From Zootoca vivipara (taxonomy: Eukaryota), in contig NC_083282.1 in NCBI RefSeq assembly GCF_963506605.1, forward strand, positions 50,406,001-50,470,000: a DNA stretch of 64,000 nucleotides, given 5' to 3'. The translations under genes were made by a program, and so were the position numbers. Positions 25,308 through 39,444 of the stretch are shown here, one piece after another. The number at the start of each line of letters is the position of its first letter. Positions within the stretch are counted from its first letter, which is position 1. The notes beneath the pieces were generated by a model. The model was not told where the DNA came from and ran no database searches. It saw nothing but the letters and a program-made list of their open reading frames with translations.

Positions 25308-27616
25308 AAAATAAATGTAATTAGGACAGGGGTGGGGAACCAGCAGCTTTTCAGCTCCTACTCCCATCAGTCCCAGCAGCCAGCATGGCTGATAGTCAGA
25401 GTTGAAAGCAGTTGCTGACCTGGGGGGGTGCACCTGTCCCCACCCCACTTTAAGACAAGGCGGAGAGGATGTGATCCCAGCACAGGGATGTGAAGAGACT
25501 CACTGAAGTCACCAAGACGCAGTGATGAGATAAATGTGTACTTCCTGCTCATGAAATTAGTCTCAGGAAATTACCACTCCTTACGAAATGGTATTGACTT
25601 GGGAAAGTAGCAGTAAAACTGTGTCTTTAGACAGGATTTACCAGCTGGTTCCAGATTTGATCTGGATATCATTCAACCAGTTAAAATCATGTGTCAATTG
25701 CCAACAGTGTGATCCATCCACAGGAAGCCAGCAACTATTTTGTGGGTCTTAACCTGCCATATATGAGTTTCACTAGCTGAAAACCCTCTTTATTTTGAAG
25801 GTTTCACTACCCCGACCTGAAATGCCCAAGAGAGTATCCTGTATCTTTTTCCGAAGAGGGAGAGAAAGGCTTCCTGCTAGCGAATCTAATGTTTCACACC
25901 TAGTCTGCCAAATCCATGCATAATGTGATACTGTCAACAGTGGAGCTTGGGCTCTTAAGGCTGCAAATCCTATGCACATTTATCTATGTTCCAGCCCCAT
26001 TGTGCTCTGTGGGGCTTACCTCCAAGTAAACACGCAGAGGATTGTGGCACAATTCTCTGGTGGAATTTGTTATCTCTACTGACAAGCATCTTTTCTGAAA
26101 GCAAGGAAACGTGAACACCCTTAATGGAACTCATGCTTCAGCAAGAGCCTAAATGAACCTAGTGTTCGGCTGAATGGTGCTTACATCCGAGGGAAAAATG
26201 TTTCCCAGTCAGCCCTTTGAAGTGCCTCTATTAAGTGATTTTATACTAATAGGATTTTCCCATGAAAGAAAGACAAGAATGACAAAGCAATGAATGCTTG
26301 ATTAACTCTGCCCCTCTAACTAATTTGGATCATGTTAATTGACTCCCTCCCTGCTTGGCCATATTCAGCCATTGTCTGCTCCATTTATGAAGGCAGCTTG
26401 ATGAGACCCAAAATGCAGCAGTGTGTAAACAGAATTCTGCCAAACATTCTCCGATGAGACATTCTCCGAAGCAAGTTTTCTTGGCTCCTGGTGACATTGC
26501 TGGACCCAGGCAGTCTGCTTTATGCATCCGCTGAATTGCTCATTTCATTCTGACCTCCCCCTCTTTCTCCCCATTCATTTTCACCCAAACTTGTTTCTGG
26601 GCTCATTCACAGTCATTAACGTAATTGCTCCGGGAACTTTTTCTTCTTCTTCTTCTTCTTCTCCCTGTTTGTGGCTGGCAGAGATTTTTGGCTCGCAGAA
26701 AAGAAATTTCATTGTTCCTGCATTCAAAAGACAGCAGGGACTACCTGGGCTTTTCTTTCAACATTTTTTCTTTCTTTTTTTGTTGAGTCACCCCAATTGC
26801 TGAAGTTTAATCACAGCTAAGCATATTGGCTGCACCTGTTCCATTCACAGCTGAATGCTGGGCGCCAGAGGCTGCGGCCACGTGGCTGGGGGGTTCCCTT
26901 TCTCCCTCCACATCACCAGCAAGTGGCAAGCTTGTGAAAACCGACCACAAGCTAGGTGACCACAAAATTACAGCCACAGTTGCTGAATGACTCCTAGGCT
27001 GCAATCCTGTCCTCACCCGGGAGTAAGTCCCCTTGAACTCAGTAGTGCTTACTTCTGATTAGACATGTATAGGCTTGTAAACTGCAGCTTGTTTCAGCTG
27101 CCACATCAAGCCAGAAAATCCCATGAGAACTGCCATAAATCACACAACAAACACTTTTACGGTGCACAAATTACTGTTTTAAAATCTTGTATGGAAAAAC
27201 AAGGTAGAAACAGGTCCCCGAAAAATTAAAATGAAAGGCAACCTGACTCATGAAGAATCTGAGAACAAGGAGCACCAAAACCAGCAATTTTAAAATTAAT
27301 GTAATTGTAATAATGACAAACTATAAACCAATTCCAGAAGATGCTGCTTCCCCATCAGGGTTACAGTCTTTCAACCATTGCAAATGGAGTTGGACTTTCA
27401 GGTTTCTCTTCATCACTTAGCCTTAGCCAAGGGGCAATTTTGTATTCACGTAATGAATCCTGCTAGCAGAAGCCTGTGCAGGACTTCCACTAGGGCAATG
27501 AGTCCCCCCCTTCCCCTGTCCCTGTCCCCCAAATCAGTGTGTGGAAGTAGAAGAGGGGGAATTGTTCCTTCTGGGAAGCTGAAATGCTCGCACTGACAAA
27601 ACTACTACCATAGCAA

Positions 27617-27890
27617 AGGAAAGGTAAAAGGTAATGGACCCCTGGATGATTAAGTCCTGTAAAAGGCGACCATGGGGTGCGGTGCTCATCTTGCTTCAGG
27701 CCAAGGGAGCCACCCTTTACCTTCCCGCCTCAGTGGAACCTATTTATCTACTTGTACTGGTGTGCTTTCAAACTGCTAGGTTGACAGAAGCTGGGACAGA
27801 GCAATGGGAGCTCACTCCGTCACACGGATTTGAACTGCCAACCTTCCGATCAGCAAGCCCAAGAGGCTCAGTGATTTAGACCACCGTGCT
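27617..27890 (-). mobile_element. Sauria SINE (internally deleted)
   Basis: Homologous to 7048-7398, with the aaaggtaaaaggt tail. Confidence 0.75.
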
Positions 27891-29607
27891 ACCATAGCAC
27901 TTTGTTGACAGGGGCTCTATGCCTTAATACAGGGATGGCCCTCCAGATGTTGGATTCCCAACTCCCATAAATCCTAACCAACATGGCCAATAGTTAGGGA
28001 TGCTGGGAGTTTTGGTTCAGCAACATCAGGAGGGCTATGGCCAGTCATGCAGATATTAAAAGGCGCAGAGAAAAAGCTGACCATCCTTGAAGCTCAAATT
28101 AAATGTGTGTGTGTGTGTGTTTGATTATGACTTACCGGCTGTGTTAATCTAAACCTTTGGAGGTATCAGGTTTAAATGAAATGCATGCAATAGGAGCACA
28201 TCAGTGTAGCATACACCCCAGCACCCAGTAAGCCGCTGTGACCAGATTGCAGAGCTCTTCATGGGTAAAAACCACTCACATCTGTTCCAATTTGGACACC
28301 ACGTTAGCAGTAGTTTCAGATATACTTTCCAATTTGTATGAGGATCGGATCCTTAAAGTATTTAGGGCAATCACCTGCACACTCAGTCCTCACCCATCAG
28401 AGGGCAGCTGGCCAAGCACGTAAGAAATGCGTGTGCCAATGGGCTATGGTACCTTCAGTGGGTGAATAGTTCTACCAGAAAACCGTTGAATAAGATTGTT
28501 GTAAGATTGTTGAAATGGCCCTGTCTGAATTCACCATACTGTACTGGATAATTTCTGGCTAGTCGCCAATTTTTCTTGGGGGCAAGTATGCAATGGTGTC
28601 TCCCTGCCAAAGGTTTGTGGAGGATCAAGATAAATTTCAATCTGATTTCTGGCCTGGCTTTGGTACTGAAATGGATTTGGTGGTTCCCAACTTTTTTTGC
28701 CCTCAAACCACTTTAATATTGCTTGACTGACTACTTAATGATTTTTTCTGCCTGATGTAGCAATTATAATGTGCTGTGCTAGATGCTATATGATTTTTAA
28801 TTTTAATTTTACCAACACTGCATAGACCACCTGAATGAAGCTCACAGGTTACTGCTGTTTGGTTACTGCTCTAGACAAACCACACTAGGAACTAGACCCA
28901 GGGAGTTTGTCCCTAGTGGTCTGCTGGACCTGTCAAGAGCTTTCAGTATTATCCACCACAATATGATTCTCATGGACCTGCCTGGGATAGACTCTGCTTG
29001 CTTGCAGTGGTTCCAGTCCTTAATTGAAACACACAGTTCTGAAAGATGGTGCTGAGGACAACTGCTCATTTTTTTTCTTCCATGCTGTTTAACATCTATA
29101 TGGAACTTATCAAGATCTGAAGATTTAGAGTTCACTGCCATCAGTTTGCAGCTGCTGCTCAGCTCACATTTCTTCTTTCCATCTTAATCAAGGAAAAGCC
29201 ACGGAGATTCTGAATCACTGCCTGGAATCAGCAATGTTGAGCAAGGGTTAACAAAGCGAATGGGGGTTAAGAAACTAAAGATTAATCCAGACAAGTCGGA
29301 AGTGTTCCTGTTGATAAAATAACCAATCTTGGATGAAGGAGCACTCTCCTTAAAGTTCACAGATTCCGCATGCTCCTAGATGCTTTGGTGGCCGATGTAT
29401 CCATGAACAAATTTGCCTAGCTGAATCTGGTGCTCCAGCTATGTTCCAGCTACATGGGGCTACCACTGAAAAATGTTCAAAAACTTGTACACAACGTTGC
29501 TGTGAGACTTCAGATTGGAGCCTGTTATCAGGAGCATGCCGTGCCTTTGTTTTTACCTTCACTGTAGTTTGATTCCAGGTCCGGTTCTAAACACTGATCA
29601 TCTACAG

Positions 29608-29743
29608 CAGGCATCCCCAAACTTCGGCCCTCCAGATGTTTTGGACTACAATTCCCATCATCCCTGACCTCTGGTCCTGTTAGCTAGGGATCATGGGAGT
29701 TGTAGGCCAAAACATCTGGAGTGCCGCAGTTTGGGGATGCCTG
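29608..29743. mobile_element. hAT MITE (CAGGCATCCCCAAAC family)
   Basis: Perfect TIRs. TSD ATCTACAG at 29600-29607 and 29744-29751. Confidence 0.9.
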
Positions 29744-29751
29744 ATCTACAG

Positions 29752-30944
29752 CAGTGTTTTCCAACCAGAGGCCATATTGCCCTCTGCCCCCGCCGGGATA
29801 TTTCAAGGGGGGGTGGCCACAGGTGAAAATCACATAAAGGGGGGGCACAGCACAAGGTTAGGAAACCACAGAAGGAAGTGAGAAGTGAAGGGGGAGAAAT
29901 CTTTTTTTTCAATAATAATAATAATCAAATATCCTGATTGGTTGGCTATCCACTTGGCCAATCACAAGCGGGTAAGGGGGTGGGCCCTGGCACTCCTTTT
30001 TGCCATGTGTGTTTTCCTGGAGCAGTCCTGGTTTCTTTCTGGTGGGAGAGGGCAATTGCTGAGGCTCCTGTTTTGACTAGTAGAGCCAGCAATCTAGAAC
30101 CCCCAGGTCAGGTAAGTGCGGTGGTGGGGTGGCAATGGGCAGGGCTTGGAGAGCTGGAGCTGCTTGTTGCTGCTGCCAGTGCTGGGCCCAGTGGCAGCCA
30201 GGGCCTGACTCCGCAAGGTGCAGGGTGCAATCTACCCCAGCGCCGAGCAGAGCAGGGTTGTCTGGTGCTGCTGACTTGCATCTAGTAAATAACTAAGAAA
30301 GCTGCACTGAGTTCAGTGGGCCTCACTCCCAGGGCTCCTTCAGATGGCAAGATCTTTTTGCACCAGTTCAGTGAAGACCACTTGCTTTCTAAATTTCTCC
30401 CATATACCATATACGGAACTCCCTGTGCACCTTTTGGACTGTATCTATAAGTTTCCCCCTCTGTGTCAAATAAGTGTTCTTTAGGAGGTTCTGGACTCTC
30501 CTTCCTTGGAGGTTTCTGAGCAGAGATTGGATGGCCATCTGTCATGGATATTTTAGTTGAGTTTCCTACATTGCAGGGGGTTGGACTAGATGACCCTTGG
30601 AGGTCCCTTCCAGCTCCATGATTCTATGTTTTTATGCTTCAGCAATATTTCATTATGTTCCTGTCATTTTGTGTAATTGTATTTTGTATAAATTATAAGA
30701 AATATAAATAAAGCACACTCTATTTACAAACAAAATATTTAAATAGCTACCTTTCTACTGGTAGGGCGGGGGCGGGGCGGGGCGGGAATGGCGTAGCCAG
30801 GATTTGGGGGGGGCAGAACTTCAAATTTGTATTGATGTTTACTTATTGGGGGGGAGTTGCCCCCTTGCCTACACCCATTGGGGGGCACAGGTAGGAAACA
30901 GGGTCGGAAGGGGGCCACGGTCAGAAAAAGTTTGGGAAACACAG
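29752..30944. mobile_element. Older non-autonomous hAT element carrying an internal CR1 3' tail (~30470-30627)
   Basis: Ends CAGTGTTTTCCAAAC / GTTTGGGAAACACAG. TSD ATCTACAG at 29744-29751 and 30945-30952. Confidence 0.7.
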
Positions 30945-33778
30945 ATCTACAGAGCCCTGAACAGCTTAGGATCTGGTTATGTGCCGAGCTGCCTCCTGCC
31001 ATACAAACTTGATCTACTAACTGAGCTCCATGTCTTGCTGATAGCAAGGGGCTCGGCCAAAGAGGACAGAAGAGAGAGGGACAGAGGGAAGAAAAATAAT
31101 AATCTTGCCAAGGCAAACATCAACTCACAAAAACTGAAACATCTATTACTATGCACAGTCATATGCATAGTAAGTTGCCAACCACTCCATCCCTCTGTGC
31201 TTGGCTTCCAAAGTCAGAGAAAAGGAACCGATTAAGGCCTTCCAATATAAAGTTCCAAAATGCAAGACACTAAAGTTAGGATAGAAAAATCTCATTCTGC
31301 AGTTTGTAAGTCTTAAGTTGGGAGTGCAGGAGGGGTTATGCAGACTTAATTAAATTGCTCTGGGTACAAAACGTGTTGCTGCAAGGACTAATCTTCCCCA
31401 TTCTCTCCTTTTTCCATCCAAGCTGAAGAACTTGAAAGCTTGCTCAGTGAGGAAAATGGCTTAAGGAAAAAGCCACGTCTCTATCTTTAAAGAAAAAAAA
31501 AATCCCTCTATCTCTGGACCACTGGCCTAGTTTAACCAATCCAGAACAGCTGTTCTGTGATGTTTCAAGCACCTCTCAAATACACAGGACGGAATTCCCC
31601 CCTTTGATGGGTGTATCAAATGTAAATAAGAAATCTCTCCGAGTTCACACCTCTTATTTTTGTACCTTCTTGGGTTGTTGTAAAGTATTAATGGCTCAGC
31701 TTCCTTGGTGGGGAACCTGTCTCTCTCCAGATGTTGCCAGACTCCAGCTTCCACCAGTCCCAGCAAGGATGATGGGAGTTACAGTTCAACATCTGGAGGG
31801 CCCAAAGTTCCCTGCCCATGTGGAACGCCATGCCCCAAAGCGTTCAAAGATGGCCCATTGTACCTACAATGGGTAGATCAAATTAAAAGATACTCTTGCC
31901 CCTCCTCTGAGTATTTGGATAAAAACTGAGATGATGTCATCCTTTCTGCCTATCCAGGTATCTGCTATTGAATATCATGGGTGATCCTTCCCCTTTAAGA
32001 GTTCTGTCTAGAGCCGGTTACTTTGGGAGCAATGTGTTTTGTTTTTTTAAATAGTACCCAAATTCTTCACTGTGTTTTGTTTTGTTTTAATCTGAATGTA
32101 TATCCCAAGGAATTATCCCATGTGTGCTATAGCTCTTTGCACTACATGCTTTAACCAAGTGCAGGAAACGGTAAAACAGGCTGAATTTGCCCAGTGATAA
32201 TTGGAGATTTAACAGGTAATTGCACCATCTCTAAAGGAAAAATAACACCCAGTTCTTGGGAATTCCTCTCTCACTTATGAATGAAGGATTTAGAGGTGGT
32301 GAAATTAGCAAACTGGAGTACTGCAGCTGACTATGCCTAGGGGATGCTGGACATTTTCCATAAACGGACCAACCTGACTACCTATCAGAGGTATATTTAT
32401 TTTATAAATATGTGTCTGCATTGGTTAGTTGCAGCTGTTCCTAGGAGACCAGGTTACATAGAGGCATTTAATCCCAGCTGTTGTTTGCTGATCACCACAA
32501 ACATGAAGAAACTACCACAGATGTGTCTTACGTGACCAGAACAAGCCTGCAATTTTCCTTCTCTGTTAACTCTAACTTCCAGGATCATGTTATGCCTAAG
32601 GCAGTGTCAGCAGCAAAGCTTATATGTAAGAATGTAGCTGTTTTAGATTGTCTTTAGTCTGAAGTTAATGGAAAAACTATGCTGTCTGCTTCCTATGATG
32701 CACCCAGACTCCCCAGGTGGCAGAAAGGAAATTTCGTGTCTAAATTAGGAACTGTGGCACATTAATAGATCTGCAAGCGAGTGAACAGTAACTGAATGGC
32801 TGTCCGAGACACGCAACATCTTTCAGCACCTACGAGGGACCCAACAGGGTCCACTACTATATTGATGCCTGGTTAAAGCGGGCACTATTCCAAACAGCTG
32901 TTTCTGGAAGCCAATCATCGTTGTAAATCCCCACAGTAATTAAAAAAGCAATCTTCACTGCCATTTTAATTTGCCACAAAGCCCTGCACCAATGCTATGT
33001 GCAAGGTAGAACCGCCGTTCAAGTTCAATGTTGAACTGCCATTCAAGTTCATAATCTTGCACCCCACCCCCACCAAATATAAACAGGCATGTCAGCCTCT
33101 CTCCCATGATTTCATGCCATGTTAAGGATTTCAAGGAGCAGGTAGTATGAATATAGCACACAGACTCGATGCCTTTTGAAGGTGTTTTAATCGTAATGAA
33201 TTAAACCAAAAATTAACTTGCAACTATCCATATCCCATATACCCTATTTAAATGAAACAAGGTGCTCACCAAGATTTTGTCTTTTTAAGTCAGCAACTGC
33301 AGTTTTCAGGCTTCTAGGAGTGCTCCTAGGTGCTTTGAAATAAGTGAAAATCAGGATATACCATACGTTTCTTAAATAACTCAACAGGGAGCTGTGAAGA
33401 TGTGGGTGGAGTATCACTTCCAGTTTTGTCCAGGCACCTGCGATGCTCCTCAGACGGCCATCTCCCATCTCCAATGACAGCCAGGTGTTCCAGTTCAGAA
33501 TGCCAGGACTCTTAACTTTCTTTTGCAGTCATAAATATGACCATTACCTTGCTAGAATATGTGTGGGAAGTGTTTAAGCCCAAATGATTTTGGAGTAGCA
33601 ACACCACCACAGATAAAGAGTTCTTTTGTCAAAATTATGAAGAATGTGTTAATATTTGAGGTTAGTTAAAACTAGCAGCTGTTAGCATTACAACTGGATG
33701 CCTCAAGCAACTACTCCTAACAATTGTCTGTTACTGTATCTAAGATGATGGCAGCTACTATATTATATTGCATTAGAA

Positions 33779-34099
33779 CAGGGTCCCCAAACTAAGGCCC
33801 GGGGGCCAGATGCGGCCCAATTGCTTTCTAAATCCGGCCCCCGGGCGGTCCAGGAATCAGCATGTTTTTACATGAGTAGAATGTGTCCTTTTATTTAAAA
33901 TGCATTTCTGGGTTATTTGTGGGGCCTGCCTGGTGTTTTTACATGAGCAGAATGTGTCCTTTTATTTAAAATGCATCTCTGGGTTATTTGTGGGGCATAG
34001 GAATTTGTTCATATTTTTTTTCAAAATATAGTCCGGCCCCCGCACAAGGTCTGAGGGACAGTGGACCGGCCCCCTGCTGAAAAAGTTTGCTCACCCCTG
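33779..34099. mobile_element. hAT-type MITE with an internal ~66-nt duplication
   Basis: CAGGG...CCCCTG ends. Same family as 39160-39409, in the opposite orientation. Confidence 0.7.
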
Positions 34100-34498
34100 G
34101 GTCCCAACAGCAAAGTTGCAGTAACTAGGCAGACATGCAATTTCATTTGCCGAGTGCCTCCAGCAGTGCCTGGATAAGGAGATAAAAATTCTTAAAAGGA
34201 CATCACTAGATGGCCTTAAAAGAGGTTTCTCAACATATTTGACTCACCTCTGTCATAGATGAATCATTTCTTCTTGTCACAAGGGGCTTAATCTTGGGAG
34301 ATTTCTGGTCTGCGACCATAATAAATCCATTCATTCATTCAATCTTGGGAGTATTCCTTCTCTATTCAGCACTAAAGCACAGCTACCAGTAGTTAAAAAA
34401 AAAAGTATCCTGCTAACAACTGTCCACTTCAGACTGCATTCAGCATAGAAAGTATCCTGTTTGTAACAGGAGACTGCTTTTTATGCTGTGGGTAAAAT

Positions 34499-34649
34499 CA
34501 GGGCAGTCTCGAGCAGTTCGGCCGCCCTGGCGCTGAGGGGCGGAGATTGCTCCGGCGCCCCTGCAGGGCGCAGCATGGTTTCCACGCGGCTTTGCCGTGC
34601 GGCGCCCTGGCTCGCCGCGCCACCGGGGGTCTACCTAGAGCCGGTCCTG
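34499..34649. mobile_element. GC-rich hAT MITE
   Basis: CAGGGCAGTCTCGAG / CTAGAGCCGGTCCTG ends. 8-bp TSD GGTAAAAT at 34491-34498 and 34650-34657. Confidence 0.8.
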
Positions 34650-35032
34650 GGTAAAATACACTGTGCCACTCCACCCCTACATGAGAGCTGACTGGGTTCC
34701 ACAAATTATCACTTTAGCTTGCTAGCCAAATCTCATTTTTTCCTTGATTCCTCTACAATGTATCTAGAGGAAAAGGAGTTGTTATCTTGTTTCACTTGTA
34801 CTGAAGACATGGATAAGGCAGAAGAAATGCCTGTTTTTTCATATTCAAACCACAAGCACAAGCAAGCAACTCCAAAATTTCTTGGGATTCTTCTAGGTAG
34901 AAGGCAAGGGACACTTACATAGGTTTCCCACATCCAATGCCAAGTGTATCCCGCACAACTATAAACAAGCTTATACTGTATCCTTATCTTACCAAAATAT
35001 TAACACTGAAAACAAATACATTAAGTCATGCT

Positions 35033-35038
35033 TTTATT
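35033..35038 (-). terminator. SRSF3 distal poly(A) signal AATAAA (candidate)
   Basis: AATAAA followed on the minus strand by a GU/U-rich element (tatttgttttcagtgtt). Confidence 0.4.
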
Positions 35039-35175
35039 TAACAGATTTTAATATTGCATATAGTTCACATGTGCTTATTGTCTTTCCTGGCAATCTGATG
35101 AAAGATTCTGGTATTGAAAGTGTGTAAATGCATACCCAACAAAAGCTGATCTAATTAAATATATTAGTGTTATGG

Positions 35176-35436
35176 TCCCAGTTCCTGTCCACCTAGCAGT
35201 TCAAAAGCACATCTAAGTGCAAGTAGATAAATAGGGACCGCTCTGGCGGGAAGGTAAACGGCATTTCCGTGCGCTGCTCTGGATTGCCAGAAGCAGCTTT
35301 GTCATGCTGGCCATATGACCCGGAAGCTGTCTGCGGACAAACGCCGGCTCCCTCGGCCTATAGAGCAAGCTGAGCGCCGCAACCCCAGAGTCGGACATGA
35401 CTGGACCTGATGGTCAGGGGCCCCTTTACCTTTACC
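35176..35436 (+). mobile_element. 5'-truncated Sauria SINE
   Basis: Homologous to the 3' two-thirds of 7048-7398, with a CCTTTACCTTTACC tail. Confidence 0.8.
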
Positions 35437-38003
35437 GATTTGATACTAGGCCACAAAGAATTAGTTGACTAGGTTCAATTAGCATGTAGCATATAAAAGA
35501 ATGTAACTCCACTGTGGTTTATCAGAAGCCACAGGAAGCAGAATTGTTCCATGCAAGGTCCAGGACTTCTTAGGAACTAGAGCCTTAGAAACTCAAAAGC
35601 CTTTTTCTTAAGGCCTATCTCCCCTTCACACAAATTCCTGAATCTACTTACACTGCCCTCTAGGATTTCTTATCTTCATTGCAACCTACTATTATCTCCT
35701 TCCCAGTGATTCTTCCTTCCCACAGTATGACATTTTAATCCCATTCTCACAAAAAGTGTGATATTGTTGACACTTTGTTCTGTGATCATTTGGAATGTTT
35801 GCCACCAGAATCTCAACCGCCATTGGAGGCTTGAGTTGTAAAGTGCAGTACAGATGCAGTAAAGTGCAGATGGTCGTTTGTTCAGTCAATATTCATCCAG
35901 TCACATGGTTTATGGTCTTCTTGCTCTTGATTGTAGTGAATCAATGATTATCAAGCATGAAGGGAACCAAGGGAAACAGCACTGGAAGCTCTGTTGAGTG
36001 TCCAGTCAGCTTATAGGTTCCTGCTTGTGTAACACGACTCTTACCTGCAACCACATATCCTCCCCAAATCCACCTCCCACCCCCGTGTTGGAAGAACCTC
36101 AGTAGAGACTCATGGGGTACTGGTGAGGGAAGAGTTCCATTCTCAAGTGTATATCCTTAGTTCTGCACTGAATACAACCCTCCATATTTACACACCAAGG
36201 TTATTTCTCTGATGAATTAGTGAATTTGAGATCTCAGATTTTGCCATTTAAACTTTACAGTACTACCTTGTTCTCTCTAACAAAAACCATTAACTGTTCT
36301 GGAAACCTATCTACAAAGAAAATGTAATTTGACCAATGTCAAGAGAAACAGGCTACCTAATTATGCAGATTCTGCCTGCATTCTGTCAGATGACCAGAAA
36401 TTGGTCCCCTTACTGGCTAAAGGTTTTAGTGCATTTGTGGATGAACTCAATAATCAATTCACCCTGAAGCTAGAACTTCAGATAGCAATATTCAAGTTGT
36501 GCCTACAGGTCTGTCAATTTTTTGAATATGCATATATTACTTTGCAATCACAGCTAAAAAAAATCAAATAACCTTAAAAACCATGTCATTAGCTTCCTAC
36601 TCACAGTATTAACTCAGTATCAAAACTCACCATTTTTAGATGTCCAATATAGCAATTTAATTTTCAAAAAAAATTATTCCCACTAAATGCATTCCACCTC
36701 ACGTTACACCTAAAAGGAGGTTTAAAGTGCCAGCCTATGTACCTAATCACCAGTAAAGCTTTTTATAATGGGTTTTCTGTTTAAGCACATTGCTTGTAAT
36801 AAATCACATCATTATGAAGTTAACATCATTGTCTCCTCCACATATGTAAGAGTAAGGCAAGCCAGAAATATCTAAAAGGTATGGATGACCATGTAATTTT
36901 CGTTAAAAGGCTAGATAATGAAATTAAACCAAATGTTTTCAAGTAGTATGGATTTAATCTAAAATTCACAAGACCAATTATTTTCTGGGCACAAGACCAA
37001 TGGATAAACGTTGCATGCAACATTTGTTTTAATGCAGAGCATTTAAAGCTTTGTCGGCATTACAAAGCTTAATTTTTATGCTTAACTTGAATCCCTGCAT
37101 AGCAAGTTCACTTTTGGTATACAAGTTTGAGTGCTTCATTACTAAAATGAATGCTCATTGGAGTGTAGCATGCTAAGTCAATCATTATTGTAACTTGTTG
37201 TGAATGTGTTGTAGTAAGTAGCCATCTTTTAGCATATAGATGATGACCGAGACCATTGCCTCTAGGTATTTGAAGAGGTATCTTAAAAGGAGCTATGTGT
37301 GGTCTGTTACTTATGTATGAGCGTTCTCTGAATAGCTCTTTATCCAAACATTAACACAGTGAAATTTGATTATGGCTTCAAATTGTTCACAATAACAGAT
37401 TTGAATTAAACTGTACACAAGTCCATCTGAATGTTATATTTGCATGAAAGTATGTCAAAATACGAAAGTTAAATACTTAGAACGATTTGTAACCAAAATT
37501 TTAATCCAAAGATCTCAAAGAGTTTACAGTGACATGACAACTTATGCACAATAAGAAAATTTCGCATCTACAATGTACCCTTATGCACCCAAATCCTTTA
37601 AGCTAGTCATCTGTTCTTTTGGTCTGCTCTATAATGAACAGATTAGGCAGTTCATATTTCAGCAGCAAGTACTGATCCACACAAAGATACAAAACTTAAT
37701 CTACACTTTTACATGGTAGAAGGTAGTTCTGACTAAACTGGTATAAATCAGAACTTTTAAAACAGTATCAAAAACATATAGCTCCTACAAGGCTTTCATA
37801 ACCCTTTTGCTTACTATTGGTTTTATCCTGTCCATTAACCCTGCTCTCACCCTGCATAGATTGCCCATTTGTGATTGTAGCAAATGCTCAGGATTAAAAG
37901 GTCATGTGTGTCGTGTACTTCCTTTCAAGTTTAGATCCTGCAGATATTCCAGAACACAATTATTTATATGAAGAACATTTGCCACTTGCATGGCTTTTGA
38001 GGT

Positions 38004-38009
38004 TTTATT
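38004..38009 (-). terminator. SRSF3 proximal poly(A) signal AATAAA (candidate)
   Basis: First canonical AATAAA noticed on the minus strand, ~310 nt after the stop codon. Confidence 0.5.
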
Positions 38010-38316
38010 TGGCAAGTCTATGCAAGGTTATTAGCTAAACATTAATGCAAATCAAAGTTATGCTTAAGGGTACACTGTAAAGCAACAAGTTATTACAATT
38101 CATATGACCTGCTCAGAACCATATACAGATTCACAACTGTTACATTTGTCACCTGTTACAAGAGACAAGAAAAACAAAATTTGACAGCTAAAACATTTTA
38201 AAAATGCACCAAGCTTATGAAGTCTTAAAAGAAAACAATGTTCTGTACATACTCCTTTCACATACTCCTTTCTTCAGATCTAATAGGACTTCCTGTACAC
38301 TGCTGTTCCTGAAGTT

Positions 38317-38344
38317 CTATTTCCTGTCATTTGACCTGGAACGG
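38317..38344 (-). CDS. SRSF3: SRSF3 final coding exon (28 nt, ...RSRSNDRK*)
   Basis: AG acceptor at 38345-38346, TAG at 38317-38319. Exon sizes 206+135+39+87+28 = 495 nt = 164 aa, the canonical SRSF3 length. Confidence 0.93.
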
Positions 38345-38567
38345 CTAGATAGAATATACATCGAGATTCTCAGTCAAACAATGGAAGTAGTTCAGTATCA
38401 TTATTTAAACACTGCCTTGAGTTCATACATCTGAAATTTCAACTAGACAAATACACATATTATAAGGCTTTTAATTAGTGCACTAGTGAAAATGACATTT
38501 CTCTAGTAAATATGCTACAGAATTAAATGTCTGTATTCAAACATTAAGGTTACGGAAGGGTTCTTAC

Positions 38568-38654
38568 CTACGAGATCTGGAAAATGAACGGGAAGGCTTG
38601 TGATTTCTCTCCCTTGACAGTGATCTCTCTCTCCTTCTATCTCTAGAAAGGGAC
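38568..38654 (-). CDS. SRSF3: SRSF3 RS-domain exon (87 nt)
   Basis: [28 protein letters not shown] with canonical AG/GT boundaries. Confidence 0.95.
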
Positions 38655-39159
38655 CTATAAAAGGAACAATCAGGATTTCAAGAGAATATATTTTTCATGC
38701 AATTCTTGAAAAACAGCATACTCAAATCTCTCTCCTTGAATAACCTTTTTCTTGTAGCTTTTACTTTCTATTTGAGTACTACATGGTACCAGTGCATTAA
38801 CTAGTACAGTGCTTGTAAACATGCTTGAAAGTCTTAGTTTATGAAGCACTTTTTAGAATATGTAATTCATCATTGATACTGGATTCAAAACAAAATGTAT
38901 CTTAGTTTATCATAGCATTTGATGCCAGAAAAAACTTTTAAAATTGTTTAAAGCTGAATTCAAACCATACTTTTAATAAACACATTTGGCATGCATTTTA
39001 ACACAGCACACTGACAACTGTCCTAGCCAAGTACACTTTCAAAGAAGTCGGAGATTTATGGCACTTCAAGTACATAATTGAAACTGTCCTTTGGGCTATG
39101 AAATGTCCCACCTGTTTAAGGGGGTGGGGAGTCCCTTATTCTATAAGCACTATCTAGAC

Positions 39160-39409
39160 CAGGGGTCAGCAAACTTTTTCAGCAGGGGGCCGGGTCCACT
39201 GTCCCTCAGACCTTGTGGGGGGCTGGACTATACTTTTTTGGGGGGGGATGAAGCAATTCCTATGCCCCCCAAATAACCCAGAGGTGCATTTTAAATAAAA
39301 GGACACATTCTACTCATGTAAAAACACGCTGATTCTTGACCATCTACAGGACAATTTAGACTGCAATTGGGCCGGATCCAGCCCCCTGGCCTCAGTTTGC
39401 CTACTCATG
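39160..39409. mobile_element. hAT MITE in an SRSF3 intron
   Basis: CAGGGGTCAGCAAACT terminus. Near-TSD ATCTAGAC / ATCCAGAC. Confidence 0.75.
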
Positions 39410-39444
39410 ATCCAGACAACCCAAAAGCAGCACCAATAGTTTAC

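Noticed and set aside
27061-27080. p53-like AGACATGTAT AGGCTTGTAA
   Set aside because: Three mismatches, and it lies at the end of a dispersed short repeat seen elsewhere in the window.
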